Shown: positions 1 to 14,881 of the stretch, one piece after another
Layout of the letters: each line of letters opens with the position of its first letter
Numbering within the stretch: position 1 is the stretch's first letter
From: Camelus ferus
Taxonomy: Eukaryota
Assembly (NCBI RefSeq): GCF_009834535.1
Contig: NC_045696.1
Coordinates: forward strand, 36,148,001 to 36,212,000
Direction of reading: 5' to 3'
DNA: 64,000 bases
The notes under the pieces: generated by a model
What the model was told of the DNA's origin: nothing
The model's input: only the letters and a program-made list of their open reading frames with translations
The model's database searches: none
Made by a program: the position numbers and the translations under genes

Positions 1-569
1 CAATATATATTCAGATGTTCATGTCACCTACAGTTTTCAGCTATTCTGAGAGAAAAGTGGAACATCTACAGTTAGGAGAAACGGGACAGCGTTTCCTTCA
101 CTTACGCGTTTGCTTTCATCTCATCGATGCATGAAGTAGTCTGCATTTGTGCCAGAAAGTGGATTTTTAGATTATGTTACTCAATTTTAACCAACAGGTG
201 AACTTATAAATTGTATTATCCAGTTTCAACTAAATTAAACCTACATAAAATGGGCAAGCGGCTAGGATTACATTACTGCTAATCCAAGTATAAGAACCTC
301 ACTGGTCACATTGCAAAATAAAATCAGTTAAAGTCTAATCAGATCTGTCAAGATATCAACATAGAAATATTAAAATCATTAAGAAAACAATTAAAAATCT
401 GAGCATATATCCACTGCCAATAACAAATAATTTCACCCTAAATGTATATTTTGCATTGAGACATTGCTTAAGGATAATGGTATTTGTAAATTATAATAGA
501 TAAATGAATAAATAGCTGGTATAATCAAAAATATTTGGAGACCACTGCTCTAGTTAAGAAGATGGGTAA

Positions 570-995
570 CAGTAGGCCAAAAACTGGAGACAATCCAAAT
601 GTCCATCAATAGAAAGGATAAGCAAACTCATATATTTACATAGTAGAATACTACTCTGCAACAAAAAGGAAGGAATTGTAGATATAATCAGCAACATTTG
701 GAGCTAAATCTTTGAAATGTTTTGCTGATAACATGAAGCTGGAACCAAAAAAAAAAAAAATAACATACTAAGTGGTTTCATTTGTATGAAGATCAAATTA
801 AAATTCTGTGGTGATAGAGACTAGAACAATTGCTAAGAGATGGGAAAGGAATAGAAGAGGACTTTCCAAGAAGAGGAAGGTATCCTGTGTCTGATTTTGG
901 GTGTTGGTTACACAGATGCATACACTTATTAAATTCTTTAAATGTCACATACGACATCTGTCCATTTCACCGTGTATAAAGTTTGCCTCAAAAAA
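570..995 (+). mobile_element. Old L1 (L1M-type) ORF2 end/3'UTR fragment
   Basis: Degenerate L1 3' signature (aaactggagacaatccaaatgtccatcaatag...gaatactactctgcaacaaaaagg), heavily diverged; boundaries approximate. Confidence 0.7.
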
Positions 996-1074
996 TTCTA
1001 TACAACACATTTAAGTGAATAACATTAGGTGGAACTCACATTTTTATCTTTTTTTTATATGATACTACAATTTT

Positions 1075-1208
1075 CGTTCATATGTCTGTCTCTCCTCCTT
1101 ACTGGAGGTGGATATTGTGACTTATTTATTCCTGATTTATTCTACCACACACACAAAATCCTTGGCACTGGCTCAACGCAGGTGTTTTTGAACAAATAAA
1201 TAAATGAA
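1075..1208 (+). mobile_element. L2 3' end
   Basis: tgtctgtctctcc...ggcactggctcaa...tttttgaacaaataaataaatgaa, typical L2 tail. Confidence 0.55.
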
Positions 1209-1344
1209 AGAGGCACTACATTTTATTTACAAGCTTGTTTATTATCCTTTTAATTAGTGAGCAGTTCCCCTACAATAACTCCATCAGGAAGCTTCTCATT
1301 GCTCCTAGAACAATAGTAAATAAATTTCTCCAAGTCCCTGAAGG

Positions 1345-1572
1345 CACCTTGGACTTTAAATCAGTCAGCTTTGGGCCCCAATTCCAGATGGGCTTCTGAC
1401 TACCTTGAGGCCTTACGTAAATCAGTTAACCTCTCGGAGCCCATTTTCTCATTGATGTAAATGACGATAACAAGACCCAACACAAAAGACATTGAGGAAC
1501 ATAAATGGTATAAAAAGCACTAACACATAGTATGACACATGTAATAAACATGCCGTAAATGTTAGCATTATT
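1345..1572 (+). mobile_element. MIR SINE
   Basis: MIR core (gttaacctctcggagcccattttctcattgatgtaaatg) and tail (taaatgttagcattatt). Confidence 0.7.
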
Positions 1573-2352
1573 CCCACATTCAATAAGCAATGTAAGTGCG
1601 TTTCTCCTGTAGTCATCAGAATACAGTCAACTGTTTCTCTCAACCTTTAAATGTGTGCAGATGGCCAGAGAGGTTCAGTAATTAACCTCTTGTTCCTGCA
1701 TAATTTAGAGTTGCCAAGCTACTTCTCCCCAGCCCTCTGTTTTTAATTTGGTGTGACTGGGTAAGTGGAAGTGTTAAGCTCCACACCTTTTGTGGCCTCT
1801 GTGTCAATAACCCTCTTTTAAACCGACTAGAAACTTCCTCCAGAGCAAACTGAAAACTCCTCCAGGATGTGACAACTGAATCCAACAGCTCCTGGTAGAA
1901 TTCAGTTTTATGAGGCTGCTAAATTATCTAAGGAGCTTCTCCGTTTCTACTTACTGTTTTACTGCCCATTCACCCCAAAATGTGGTGTGTCAGTTGTTTC
2001 CTGCTAACTGCCTCATAAGATATCCCGTTAAAAAAGGCAAAAACTGTTGGTAAAAAAGCTAGGCAGTTTATATTTATTCTGTTCTCTATAAATATCTTAT
2101 TTAAAAAAGAAGACCAGGCAGTGTTTTTATTTATAGCAATAAAACTGAACTCTAAACTTAGGAAAGTGAAGGTTTTTCTAGACTCAATATTCATGAGCTA
2201 TCACTGGAAATTCATAAGTCTCTAATAAATCCTAGTTTCCAAACCACAGGCATATCACACTAAGCCTACGGATCACAGATATAATAAGCCCTGAAATTTT
2301 AACCTTTATGAAACAGTGTCTACCAACTCCTTTAGATATGAAATGCACTCAA

Positions 2353-2825
2353 TTTTTTTTATTGAAGTCTAGTTGATTTACAATGTTGTGTTAATTTCAG
2401 ATGTACAGCAAAGTGATTCATATATATCTCTTTATATATTATTATATATATATTTTATATATATATTTTTTAGATTATTTTCCACTATAGCTTATTATAA
2501 GATATTGAATATCGTTCCCTATGCTATACAGTAGGACCTTATTGTTTATCTATTTTATACATGGTAGTGTGTATATGTTAATCCCAAACTGCTAATTTAT
2601 ACCTCCCCTGCCTTTCCTCTTTGGTAACCAGAGTTTGTTTTCTATGTCTATGAGTCTATTTCTGGTTTATAAATAAGTTCATTTGTATCATTTTTTTAAA
2701 GATTCCACATATAAATAAATATATATTTGTCTTTCTCTGACTTACTTCACTTATATAATCTCTAGGTCCATTCACATTGCTGCAAATGGCATTATTTCAT
2801 TCTTTTTTATGGCTAAGTAATATTC

Positions 2826-2869
<44 letters not shown>

Positions 2870-4491
2870 CTTCTTTATTCACTCATCTATTGAACATTTA
2901 GGTTGCTTCCATGTCTTGGCTATTGTAAACAGTACTATTATGAACGTTGGGGTGCATGTGTCTTTTTGAATTAAAGTTCCCTCTGGATATATGCCCAGAA
3001 GTGGGATTGCTGGATCATATGGTAACTCTAGTTTTAGTTTTTTAAGGAATCTCCATACTGTTCTCCATAGTGGCTGCACCAACTGACATTCCCACCAACA
3101 GTTTGGGAGGGTTCCCTTTTCTCCACACTCTCTCCAGCACTTATTATTTACAGACTTTTTAATGATGGCCATTCTGACCACTGTGAGGTGACAACTCACC
3201 ATAGTTTTGATTTGAATTTCTCTAATAATTAAAATAATTAACAAAATAACACAATTTTCATGTGACTATTGGCCATCTGTTTGTCTTCTTTGGAGAAATG
3301 TCTACTTAGGAAAAATGCCCATTTTTTGACTGGATTATTTGTTTTTGGTTTTTTTGATATTAAGCTGTATGAGCTGTTTGTATATTTTAGAAATTAATCC
3401 CTTGTCAGTCGCATCACTTGCAAATATTTTCTCCCATTTTGAAGGCTGTCTTTTTGTTTTGTTTAGGGTTTCCTTTGCTGTGCAAAAGTGTTTAAGACTA
3501 ATTAGGTCCCATTTGTTTATTTTTGCTTTTATTTGCATTACTCTAGAAGACAGATCCAAAAAAATATTGCTGGGATTTATGTCAAAAAGTGTTCTACCTA
3601 TGTTTTCCTCTAGGAGTTTTGAAGTATCTGGTCTTAAATTTATGTCTTTAATCCATTTTGACTTTTTTTGGTATATGGTGTTAGAAGATATTCCAATTTT
3701 ATTCTTTTGCAAGTAGCTGCTTAGTCTTAGGACTGCTTTTGCTGAATCCCATAGGTTTTGAATCATGTTTTAGTTGCGATTTGCCTCTAGGTATTTTTTA
3801 ATTTCTTCTTTGATTTCTTCAGTCATCCACTGGTTCTTTAGCAGCATATTGTTTAGCCTCCATGCATCTGTGGTTTTTTGTAGTTGATATCAAATCTCAT
3901 AGTGCTGTGGTCAGAAAAGATGCTTGATGTGATTTCAGTTTTCTTAAATTTACCAAGGCTTGCTTTGTGGCCCAGCATGTTACCTGTCCTGGAGAATGTT
4001 CCATGTACTTGAAAAGAAGGTGTATTCTGCTGCTTTCAGATGGAATGCTCTGTAAATATCAATTAAGTCCATCTGGTCTAATGTGTCCCTTAAGGCCTGT
4101 ATTTCCTTATTGATTTTCTGTCTAGGTTATCTGTCCGTTGATGTAAGTGGGGTGTTAAAGTCCCTTACTATTATTGTGTTACTGTCAATTTCTCCCTTTA
4201 CATCTGTTAATATTTCCCTTATATATTGAGGTGCTCCTATGTTGGATGCATATATACCTACAGTTGTTATATCTTCTTCTTGGATTGATCCCTTGATCAT
4301 TATGTAGTGTCCTTCTTTGTCTCTTGTAACAGATTTTATTTTAAAATCTATTTTGTCTCATATAAGTATTGCTACTCTGGCTTTCTTTTGATTTCTATTT
4401 GCTTAGAATACCTTTTCCCATCCCCTCACTTTCAGTCTGTATGTGTCTCTAGATCTGAAGTGAATGTCTTGTAGGCAGCAAATATACAGGC
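2353..4491 (-). mobile_element. 5'-truncated, internally deleted L1 (ORF2 endonuclease part fused to ORF2 C-terminus plus 3'UTR)
   Basis: Minus-strand ORF2 peptides IQNLWDSAKAVLR, KWIKDINLRP and [18 protein letters not shown]; poly(T) at left end; imperfect TSD aatgcactcaattt (2342-2355) / aatacacccaaattt (4492-4506). Confidence 0.9.
2829..2864. repeat. (TG)18 microsatellite inside L1
   Basis: Read directly from sequence. Confidence 0.95.
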
Positions 4492-7400
4492 AATACACCC
4501 AAATTTATTGTGTATGATTTCAAGGAAGGAAAGCATGACATTGGAAACTACTTTCTTAAGATGAAAGTACTTAGATTTTAGTATTTTAACATGGAATATT
4601 TTTTCCTGAATCCTTCTAATTCTACCAGATTTTCTAACTAATTAAAATAAGGAAATAATTAATTTAATTAATCTAATTTAAATAGGAAAAATTCCTTACC
4701 TAACAAAGTGGTACTTTTACTGGACATGATGGAAGGAGATCCATGTAAACTCAGATGACTGCCAAGCCCACAGTATCCTCCTAAGGAAAGTGACCAGAAC
4801 TGGTCCTTTCCTATATATGATGCTTTCAAATGTATATTGAGTGAAATCAACCTCAGTCCTTTGGCCACAACTGACTGCAGCAATAATCAGTGTGCTAGTC
4901 AAAGGCAACCACATTGGGGCAGGTCAAAAGTGAGGCCAACCATCTCTGAAGGGCTTTGTTCTGAAACTCTACCCAATAAACTCACCCTATATTGAAAGAT
5001 GATAAGTAAGCCAAGCCAATCAAATCCTCATTTTTAGAAATATAAGTGTTAAATGAAAAGATGTCTCACATTCCTATTAGATCCTAGATAATACTGAGTT
5101 ATGGTTTCAGTTCTCCAAAAGAGGTAGTACATGTCAATCTTAGAAGAACTTTCAACCCAATATTTCTATATAAACTTAATAAGTTCCCTTTGTCAAGGCA
5201 ATTCCTATGTGCCTCTTTTCTGTGGTATTAAAGAATCTGAGTGATAAAACAATACCAGTACTGGGAATAATGTATTTATTTTTATGTATATAACAGAATA
5301 ATAAAGTAAAATAAAGCCTTTTTATTGACATTATAGACTATTTCTTACTTGAAGCTTTTCTTACCATGGGAACATGTTTAAAAGGAATACAATTTGAAGG
5401 AACAAAAGGAATTAATTTAGCAAAGCAGTTGACTGTGAAAAATATATAACTAAGAGGAGAATACTAATTGCAAATAAATAAATGGCCTAGTTCATTGTAC
5501 TAAACTCCCATTTTCCTCAGGCTGGGCCTAGGTAAAAAGCAGAGTTTTGTTTTAAAATAAAAGGTTAGCAGATACCAAGTATAAAATAAAAATCTCCCCA
5601 ATTCACACCACAAACCAATTTCAATCATTACTAACTTTCCACCAACAAAAGCAGATAACCAAAAATAAGGTAAATACAAACACTACCCAGCCAAAAATAA
5701 AGAAAAACACCAAGTTGTAGCCAAACTTCTTAAATAAATAGAAAGCACTATGAACCATATTTTGGATCATATCAATATCTAAAGTGGGTAATAATTAGAT
5801 ACAGAGGGCTTTTTATTTTAGCATAGTTAATTGTTATTTCTTTCATAATTTTGCTTTCTCAATAATGTTAGCCCCTATGCAGTTCGTACAAATGTCTTAT
5901 ACTTTTCCATAATATATGTTATCCTATTTATAATGCAAATCTAATTATATTTAGTCATAAAAAGATTAATGATATTTTGCTACTTATAATTGGTTTTAGC
6001 AACAAGTCTTGTTATTACACAATCTCTGTTAAAGGCATGTGGTTCCAAATATTCCAATGAAACTAAGTATTTTCTCCGTTTTAGTCTTGTCTTTCTGATT
6101 TTAACCCTCATTCATTTGCCATAACTTAGATGTGAATGTATTTTGCTACTCCATCCATTATATTCCACTTTCTACATACCCAGCCTTGGAATGTTTTATG
6201 ATCCCTCTTTCTCCCAATTTTCTTGCATGGTGACTCCAAACCAGACTCACCATCCCTGTTTTCTGTCAACTCCCCTTCTTGTTCAAACTTTAACCCAGAA
6301 ATTTGTGTTTTTGTTAGTTAAGTTTTTAGCTGGAGGGATTGAAGTGGTTTTGTGGCTAGGATCTAGTCAAACAGCTAACTTAACTAATTAGTCTTAAGCT
6401 GCAGAAAGGAGCCAAATTTAGCAGAAGAGAGTTAAGTAGCAGAAGGCAAGGGTGAAAATCTTGGTTTCCAAAAAATATGTTACATTTAAATAGCTACTAG
6501 TTTTACTTGAGGTTAACAGCATTGAATTAAACTATTCAAAGGCACCAGTGTAGACTCTGGCCTACTATTAGACTGCAAATTCAAAAGCAACTTTATAGGA
6601 AAGTTAGCCCATCTTTTCTCAAAATGGCAGAACAAATGTAGCCTGGCTGATGAACATAATCATCCTTCATCTACCCACCACTTATCAGAGGGCAATTTAA
6701 TTCAGTCAGACTCATCAACCATTTACTGATATTCTGTAAGTGATGGTCATCCATGATAGGTATTGTGAAAAATAGAACAATAATTTCAAAAAACATAGTA
6801 TAATAAATTCAATATAAAGAATAATACAAAAGGAGACAAATAAAGGCCTGCAACTTGACCTTAGATACTAAGAATTCTAGTGACTTTGCAACTTTAAATT
6901 AAACTATCCTTTTGTGAAGGAGCAGATATTGGATTTTAAATCCAGAAAATGAAAGTTATTCTAAATATGTGTCCTGATAGCTCCCTGTACTTCTTAGCAG
7001 GGAGAGGAAGATAGAAATCGAACTTCTAAGTATTTAAAGTGCAATGGACCTATCAGCCCTTGTTCTCCACACAAATCATATAAGAAAGAGGCTACCTTTT
7101 GAAACTCTAAGGCCATGAAACAAGATAAAGCTAAACTGAAAGCTTTTGCCCCTGAAATTCAGAGTTCAAGTTGCACTGGAATTTCATTATTCTAATGCAA
7201 CCTCTCAGTAACATCAGATAAGATTCTTTTTTTGGCTCAGGAGTTCAGGCTATGGTGATGGAAAATTAGAGGGTCACTCCTGGGTCTGACAACACTGGTA
7301 TTTGTGATTGGATTGGTCAGTTTGTATTCATGATTTATGAAATAATCTCTAGGTCAATGTTTCTAGAATTCATAGAACCTTAGAGTGGAAAGAGACCAGA

Positions 7401-8044
7401 GACATCACCTGCAGAAAGATGACTTACTGACTTACTGACGGAAATGAAATTCCATGACTACTTAGGGGAAAGGGAGGACTAAAACCAGTTTTTCAGCCTT
7501 CTGGAGCAGTGCTTTACTGCATTAAAGCAAATACAGAAAAAGAAGTTTCTGTACACTTGGTAGTATCTTTTGGTTCCTAGACTCTTTTACACACTAACAC
7601 TGCTTTCCATAGGTCTCTACGCTCTGCTGAGGTGTTATTTTTCAACATTTTCTGCCGTAATTGCTATTTATCTAAGCAAAAGAATAATTCTGTTTGATTC
7701 CTTTTTGGCTTGCATCTCATCAGAAAATGTGAAATTTCAGCCCTAAGCTATTCTTTCAAATAATAAATACTTCATTTTTATTTGAACCAAAATTGCATGT
7801 CTTAAGCATGTGCCAAATCATTGTTTCAAAACACTTCAGAAACTCAAAATGCTATGTGTAGCCAAAAGGAAATACTTTTCTTTTTGTTATTAGAGCCCTT
7901 ATCTAAAAAGCAAAGGTTCAACTATCAATTCAACAACATTTTACAACAAATCTATTCTAAATGGTCTAAAAATACGTTCTTATAATTTTCAGTGGAATAC
8001 TATAACTCTTCTTAATAAATTAATTATTTATATACTGGCAAAAA

Positions 8045-8122
8045 TCTATATACACATATATATACAGTATATGTGCGTGCAGTGCATGCGTGTATATGTG
8101 TGTGTGTGTGTGTCTGTGTGTA
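8045..8122. repeat. Compound (TA)/(TG) simple repeat
   Basis: Alternating purine-pyrimidine run. Confidence 0.8.
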
Positions 8123-9639
8123 TCAGGACAATAGTTCAGTCACCAGAAATAACTCATTAAAATACAGCTGAGCGAAAAAATAGAGAGCCACATACAAGAA
8201 AAACAAAGGAAATAGAACAATGTAAAATCGAAGCTTTGTGTAAGAGTTTTCTTTCCATATAGAAAAAAAAGTGAATACAATCTTCAGGGTCCGAAAATCA
8301 TAAAAAAAGTAAATTTGACTAAAGCATAAGGAAATAGATTAACAAGAAAGAAAGAAAGACACTCCAGAAAACAAAAATATTTCTGACTAAGATTCTTATT
8401 TTTGTCTGTGATACATACTCTGATTTTCTGCTATATGTTTAATTTTGTCATTTCTATGTAGGAGTAAGAAATCAAATGAAGAGGGGAAAAATGTATCAAA
8501 AAAAAACCTTCTCCTTAGCCAAATTTTAGGGAAGAAATTTCCTCCAGGATCTGGAAATTGAGGGGAGGAATGCATAAGCTGAATGGTAACAGGATTAAAA
8601 GAGGCCCAGTCAGCCTTTTTGATCATCTCCAGTAATGACTAATATCAGTCACGGCTGGACCTGCAAAGCTTCCAGCCCTGCTGGGTAACCATCTGAGTAT
8701 TGAACTAAATGACCCTCCATGATTCTCAAATACTGTAGTAGATCAATTGTGTTTTAACATTTACACAGCTGGTTATTTGGTTAAATGTGGGCAATTCCCC
8801 AAGTCCTCATTTGATTTTGGAATGTATCTGTTCACTTAAAACACACTGTAATCTGCTGCCTTGGATAGTGTATTTGTACCAGGGGAATTCACTCAGCAAA
8901 CCTGTGTTCCCACAAGTAAAACATCCCTCCTGGAGAGACAGTGGAAGGCATTCTGGCTTCATTGGTCACAGCTCTAAATACATGCTATCTAATAATGGAT
9001 ATTTTTAAACAGAGAAGCGATTAAGATTTGTAAAAGAATCAAAAGCTTAAAAAAAAGTTCAGGTGGCAAAATTAATCCCCAAATGATTTATGATCCAATA
9101 TACAATTTATCAACGTTGTCTGAATTTTCCTATGTACACTTAAAAAGCAACTCCCTCAAAGAATTTCATCACAAAATACCAAAAACTTGCCCACAGATTC
9201 TAAAATAATTTAGTAGGCCAAATTATGAACATTTTTATTAATTAATGTTAATTTCTGACATTTTAGGCATATCAGAGAGCTCTTATGTCTTTTTTATTCA
9301 TTTTAAAAATGTATACTCTTTATTCCTATTATGTGGGGATTTCTTTCTAGTATCCAGTGAGAAAAACAAAAGCAGTTGGTTCCTCCTTCCTCAGAAAGGG
9401 CAGAGTGAGATGACTGGGTCAGTTTAATCCCAGCAGCCCTCCATAGCTGCTCCCGACAGGAGGCTTCAGTGCTTTTCTGCTGCTGCTGTTTAACACTGAG
9501 CCTCCTGGTCCCAGCCCTGAGATTCTTCCCCTGAAAGCAGATTCTTCTTTCTCAGTTACTTTAGCTTCAGGAGAAAAATACTTGGACACTGCATTTGTTC
9601 AACTAGTTCTTAAGGAAGAATTGTCCAGATGATGTTTAC

Positions 9640-9795
9640 ATCCAACCTCTCTAAGTCTGGGTATCTCCATCTATGAATGGGAATGATTTCAAAACTTATC
9701 TCCAAAAGTTTCTTGAGAAATAAAAGAGCAATGTACGTAATGTATGTGGTACAGCATCCAACAATTAGAACGTGTATCATGGATGTTAGCTCTTA
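9640..9795 (+). mobile_element. MIR fragment
   Basis: aacctctctaagtctgggtatctccatctatgaatgggaatgat core; atgttagct tail. Confidence 0.55.
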
Positions 9796-11859
9796 TGCTC
9801 AAGTGTCCTACTAGAAGACAAAGGGGCACTCTGAAGTCTTAAAAGTCATTTGTAGATTAATATTTAAGACAGAAAGAGAGCAAAGAACAGTAAAAGAGGA
9901 TATAGAATAATACCAAGGGCAAAAGACACTTTAATTCACTCTACTTCACTTTAATTCATGGAGCCACATTTGCTTTGAGGTCTAACTAGATGCTAAAAGG
10001 ATGTAATTTGAGTTGCTTCTCCATTCTGTTCCTTTTTTTTTTTTTTTTCCTTTACAGAACATTTCATCTACTTCAAAAGAGCTACAGAAATATTCCATTT
10101 CTGAATATAATGGAAACCAGTTGACACTATGATATTTTTATTTGTTTATATCTTGTGCACCTAAAATAAATAGCACCTCCAAAGGAGTGGGAAGTGGTAG
10201 TCAAGAGTGGGCTTTGAGTAATGAAAAATTTCACATATCTGACAAAGCTATACCTAAAATATCTCCAAAAAAACAATCTGAAGTGGATAAAGGTATGCGC
10301 ATGCATGAGTCTTCTCTACTTTTAGTTGCTTCAGAATTCATTATTTATTTTAAAAGTGAGTGAAAATGAGGATGCGTATGGTTTCATGAGTATAAAGTTA
10401 AGAAAAAATGTAAATCCAAGAACCACTTAGAATCATTCAGGTGTCAGCATTGCCATTTATGCCTTTAAGGACAGACTTAATTACTTTTGTTTTTCCAGCT
10501 GTTTCCTAGAAAGTTCTTAAAATTAAAGGTTTGCATCTTTTGCAAAGAAGTGAGAAAGGATCGGACAGTAAAGGAGCAGGAACCTACCCCAAGAGGTTAA
10601 TGAGGGTGGAAGAGATGGAAGGGAGACAGGGCTAGGTAACTGGTACAGCTGGGGATCGTTAATAGCAATCAAGGGCCACTATAAACAAATCAGCAGGAAA
10701 CAGAGAGGCTCTACATTTTCCTGGCCTAGTAGCAGGAACCATCTGGACAGAGGGAATTTGGCTTAAAACTCTTGTAAGGGAACTTCGCTTTTTTTTTTTT
10801 TTTTAAACCACGCCAGCATAGTAGGACACTGAATAAACAAACTGAACCTGCTTATGCTATAACAGAGTAAATTACTATCACAAAATACAAAACCCACAAC
10901 GGATTATGACTAACTTATAACAGCATAGGAAGAATTTTACAGCTAGGGAGAAATGAGTGTAGTTTTAAGAGTAGCCAGGGAAACTTAAAGAAAGGAGAGA
11001 AAAGAAGAAAAAAGTTATGAGTTTATAATACATAATAATATATTCTATTCTCCAGAGTTTCAAAAAGAAATCACGGATTGTTTAATAGCATTCCAGTCAG
11101 CAGAACTGATGAGCATGATCAAATCTGTTTGAAAACGTCTCGTAGATAGTCCTGGGTCAGAGGACTACTAATGGGGATAGAAGTAAGAACAATCTGGAAA
11201 AACTGAAAGGCTTTCCCTCCAACAAAGGGACTGGCTAGTCACAATAGAAAGAATGGTAACAACCAAATGGTGGCTTTTTCCAAGACTTTTCCTTCTATCT
11301 GTACATTTACAAATCTCTACCATCTCTGCCAAACTTCCAAATGTTTACTACCCCCAAACCAGACTCCAGATATTTTTTTAGTTTGGCATTTGCTTTACCG
11401 CTCAATGGCTCCCTTTGTTTCTATCTGTAAGATGCAAAATTTCACTTGTCAAGAGATCAAACAGGCTCATCACTGGGGGCAAGGGGATTCTCCATCTACG
11501 AATCAGAAAGGTTTATTAGCTCTCTCTCTCTCCTGACTTTCTCTTTTTCAGATGTCAACTGTGTAAGGCTGACCCAAATATTGAATGTAGTCAAAACTTT
11601 GACTCTGGAGCATATATTAGCTAAAGAACCTGATGTAAACTCAAGTCAGTCCCTGTATTCAACATGACTTTGCATTTTTCTGTGTTTGTTACTGATGGCA
11701 ATGAAAAAGTGGATGTTAAAAAGTTCTGTGAAATACACTCAATATTGCTACCAGTTGGGTAATTTAATCCTAAGAGATACCCTAAAGATGTCTGGCCCCA
11801 TGGAGTTAAGCTTAAACAGTCAAAAATGGCTATCAGGCTTGCATCCAAGTATATACAGC

Positions 11860-12066
11860 ACTACATTGTGTAGTTAAGAGGACCACACAAGGCAGCATCT
11901 CTGACCTACCACTTAGCAGCTGTGCAGTAACAAGGCAAGGTGCATAATCCCTCTGAGATTCCATTTTCTCCTCTGCAAAATGGAGAAAATAGTACCCAGC
12001 TCTCAGTGTTGCTGGAGGACTTAGCAATTGAATGTAAGCAAAGTCCTAAGCATGGTGCCAGGCACA
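11860..12066 (+). mobile_element. MIR SINE
   Basis: accacttagcagctgtg...ccctctgagattccattttctcctctgcaaaatggagaaaatagtacc core. Confidence 0.75.
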
Positions 12067-12689
12067 AAGATCAGGCTATTTTAAAATAGATCAGCTCTAA
12101 TTTTTTCCAAGAACTACTTTTGAAAAAAAAAATTACTGCTTTCCTCCATTTTAGGCAGACTCATTTGACCTGTAACCAATTGTGAACTTATATTTTGCTA
12201 TGAGTACTTCTACCTCTCCTTTGTCATTATTTTTTGTCAAATGCATTATATGCACACAATTCCCAGCAAATAAAGGCTGAAACAATTTCTTGGTTTTTGC
12301 TTTTCTCTCCTGGGCAGCAATTATAATTTGCTTGGAACATAGTTTATTTTAAATCATCAAATACATTTCCCTATGGTGCCATTGCATACCACCTATCTAA
12401 ATATTTTTCTGCTGATTTATTTATTTATTCTTTGGAGTAAAAATAAAGACAGCCATATGACAAAAAATATAATTTACTTATGCAACGGTCTTACAAAAGG
12501 AGTGTACATCTTTAATACATTAACCCTTTACTTACAATGATTTCAAATATCATAGAGGTTTTAAACTAATTCTGTGTTTTCCAAAATCCTTAGTTTAGAC
12601 TTATACATAAATGGAGAGATTTACATTAAACACAGATTACACTTAAAGAAGGATAAACTAAGTTACCTGACTAGACATGGTGAAATCAT

Positions 12690-13180
12690 TCTTTCTTTCA
12701 ATTTTTAAATTAATAAACATGTATAGAACTCTTAGCTGTGCCAACACTCTGCTAGGCACTGAGGATATGATAATGAAAGAAAAAAAGCCTCACCCTCATA
12801 GGGCTTAAATTGTGGACTCAAAGATAAGAAATAAACAAATAAATAACCTACATGATATGCCAGATTGTAATCAGTGCTAAGGAGAAAAAGGTAAAGTAGA
12901 AAGGGAGGATATGAAGTGTAGAGATGGGAGGCTGAATTTTTAAACGTTGACTAGGGTGGCTCACTGAGAAGGTAAATTTTGACGAAAAACCTGAAAGCAC
13001 AAAAGAGCTAACTTGATCAATATCTGAAGGAACAGTATTTCAAGAAGAAGGAGCAGCAAGTTCTAAGTCTCTGAGTCAGTAATATGCTTGGCTGTGTGAG
13101 GAAGAGTGAGGAGGGGCAAAACTGGTATGGAGGAAATGAAAGGAAGAGAAGTAGCAGTAAATGACAGAGAAGTAGTCATT
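12690..13180 (-). mobile_element. L2 3' region
   Basis: tgtgccaacactctgctaggcactgaggatat...ccctcatagggctta followed by purine-rich L2 antisense body. Confidence 0.7.
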
Positions 13181-14418
13181 ACCTTTGTCTGTTCGTTTAA
13201 TCAGAAATAAACATTGCCTTGAAAATGTTTTACTATCCTATAAAATACTTACCCCAGATTAAGATTCCCCAAATAGAACATTTTAAAGAAGGAAATAGTC
13301 TTTTGGCTAGTCACACCAAAACTTTATTTGCACGTATATTACCTCTAGTGGGTCTTTTATAGACATCATCCTCGATTTCATCTAAGGCCAAAGAAATATA
13401 TTGGAGAAGATATGCCCATGGAATCGTTTTTTTCTTACCTTCTAAGATAAATCACAGGGTTAATCATTTGATAATTTATCTTTAATTTAAAAATATGGTA
13501 AAGGTCAAGAGAATCCATTTTAAAAGTATGGGCCATAAAGCAATGGGTAAGAAGCTCTACCCAGTAAAAAGAACATTTAAACCCCATGGCTAAGGAGTCA
13601 AAATCTATAATGCTCAGTGAAGAAGATTCTTTCGGAAACTATTTGAATCCACCGTAGGGGAAAATCGTTAACAGCAGAGTACTGACAGGTCGATAAAATG
13701 ATCTAAATGCTTTACAAATTTAAGACAAAAAAATGCTCAAACTAAGGAATGAGAACCATTAATGAAGTAAAGGCTTAAGTGCTGAACCTCTGCTAGAGAG
13801 CAGGCAACGGTTAAGAGGATCAAATTCAACTGACATCAATTAGGCAAAGTGAAGAAGAGGATGCTAGACTCCCAGAGAGGAAATGACATTACCATCTAAT
13901 GGGGAAGACAGATATTCCTTTAAAAATCACACTGAAATTTAGAACCAAAATGAAACCAAAGGTTTTCAGGATCATTTTTATAACTTCAAGTATAAATTTA
14001 CTGAGATAAAATAGAAATCTTCAAGTAGGGCATGTGAGACATATACAGCTTCTTGATCTATATTTACTTACTAGTAAGGAGAAAAACATGTTTTCTCCTA
14101 ATTATCTTGAATTGTTTAGCCACTTCTCTATTTTGCAGCTATTATGAAGTTTACTCTTCCCATATCTGATTGTTTTGCAATAAAAAAATATATGTCTATC
14201 AGTAGAAATATATTTATTTTGATATGTGAATAATAATGCTGACCTCTGAAAAGGAAAAAAAAATACGCAGGAACAGGTTGGGAAATTTCTCTCCTTCTGT
14301 CTAGAAAGATAAACCTTTCAAAGATGAAACACAGTTTGGTTTCTATAATTCTAACCTTTCAATTTCAAGTGAAAACAGCCATTCAATATGCAGAAGATAT
14401 CTTGGCACCATCACTTCT

Positions 14419-14881
14419 TTTTTTTTATTGAAGTATAGTGAGTTTACCATGTTGTGTCACTTTCTGGTGTACAGCATAATGTTTCAGTCATACATATACA
14501 TACATATATTCTTTTTTATATTTTTTTCATTATCTGTTTCAAGATATTGAATATAGTTCCCTATGCTATACAGTAAGACATTGTTGTTTATCTATTTTAT
14601 ATATAGTAGTTAGTATCTGCAAATCTCGACCCCCAGTTTATTCCTACCCAACCCCTTTCCTCCCTGGCAACCATAAGTTTGTTTTCTATGTCTGTGAATC
14701 TGTATTTCTGTTTTGTAAATAAGTTCATTTGCATCTTTTTTTAGATTCTACATATAAGCAATATCATATGGTATTTTTCTTTCTCTTTCCAGCTTACTTG
14801 ACTTAGAATGATGATCTCCAGTTCCATTCATGTTGCTGCAAATGGCGTTATTTTATTCTTTTTTATGGCTGAGTAGTATTC

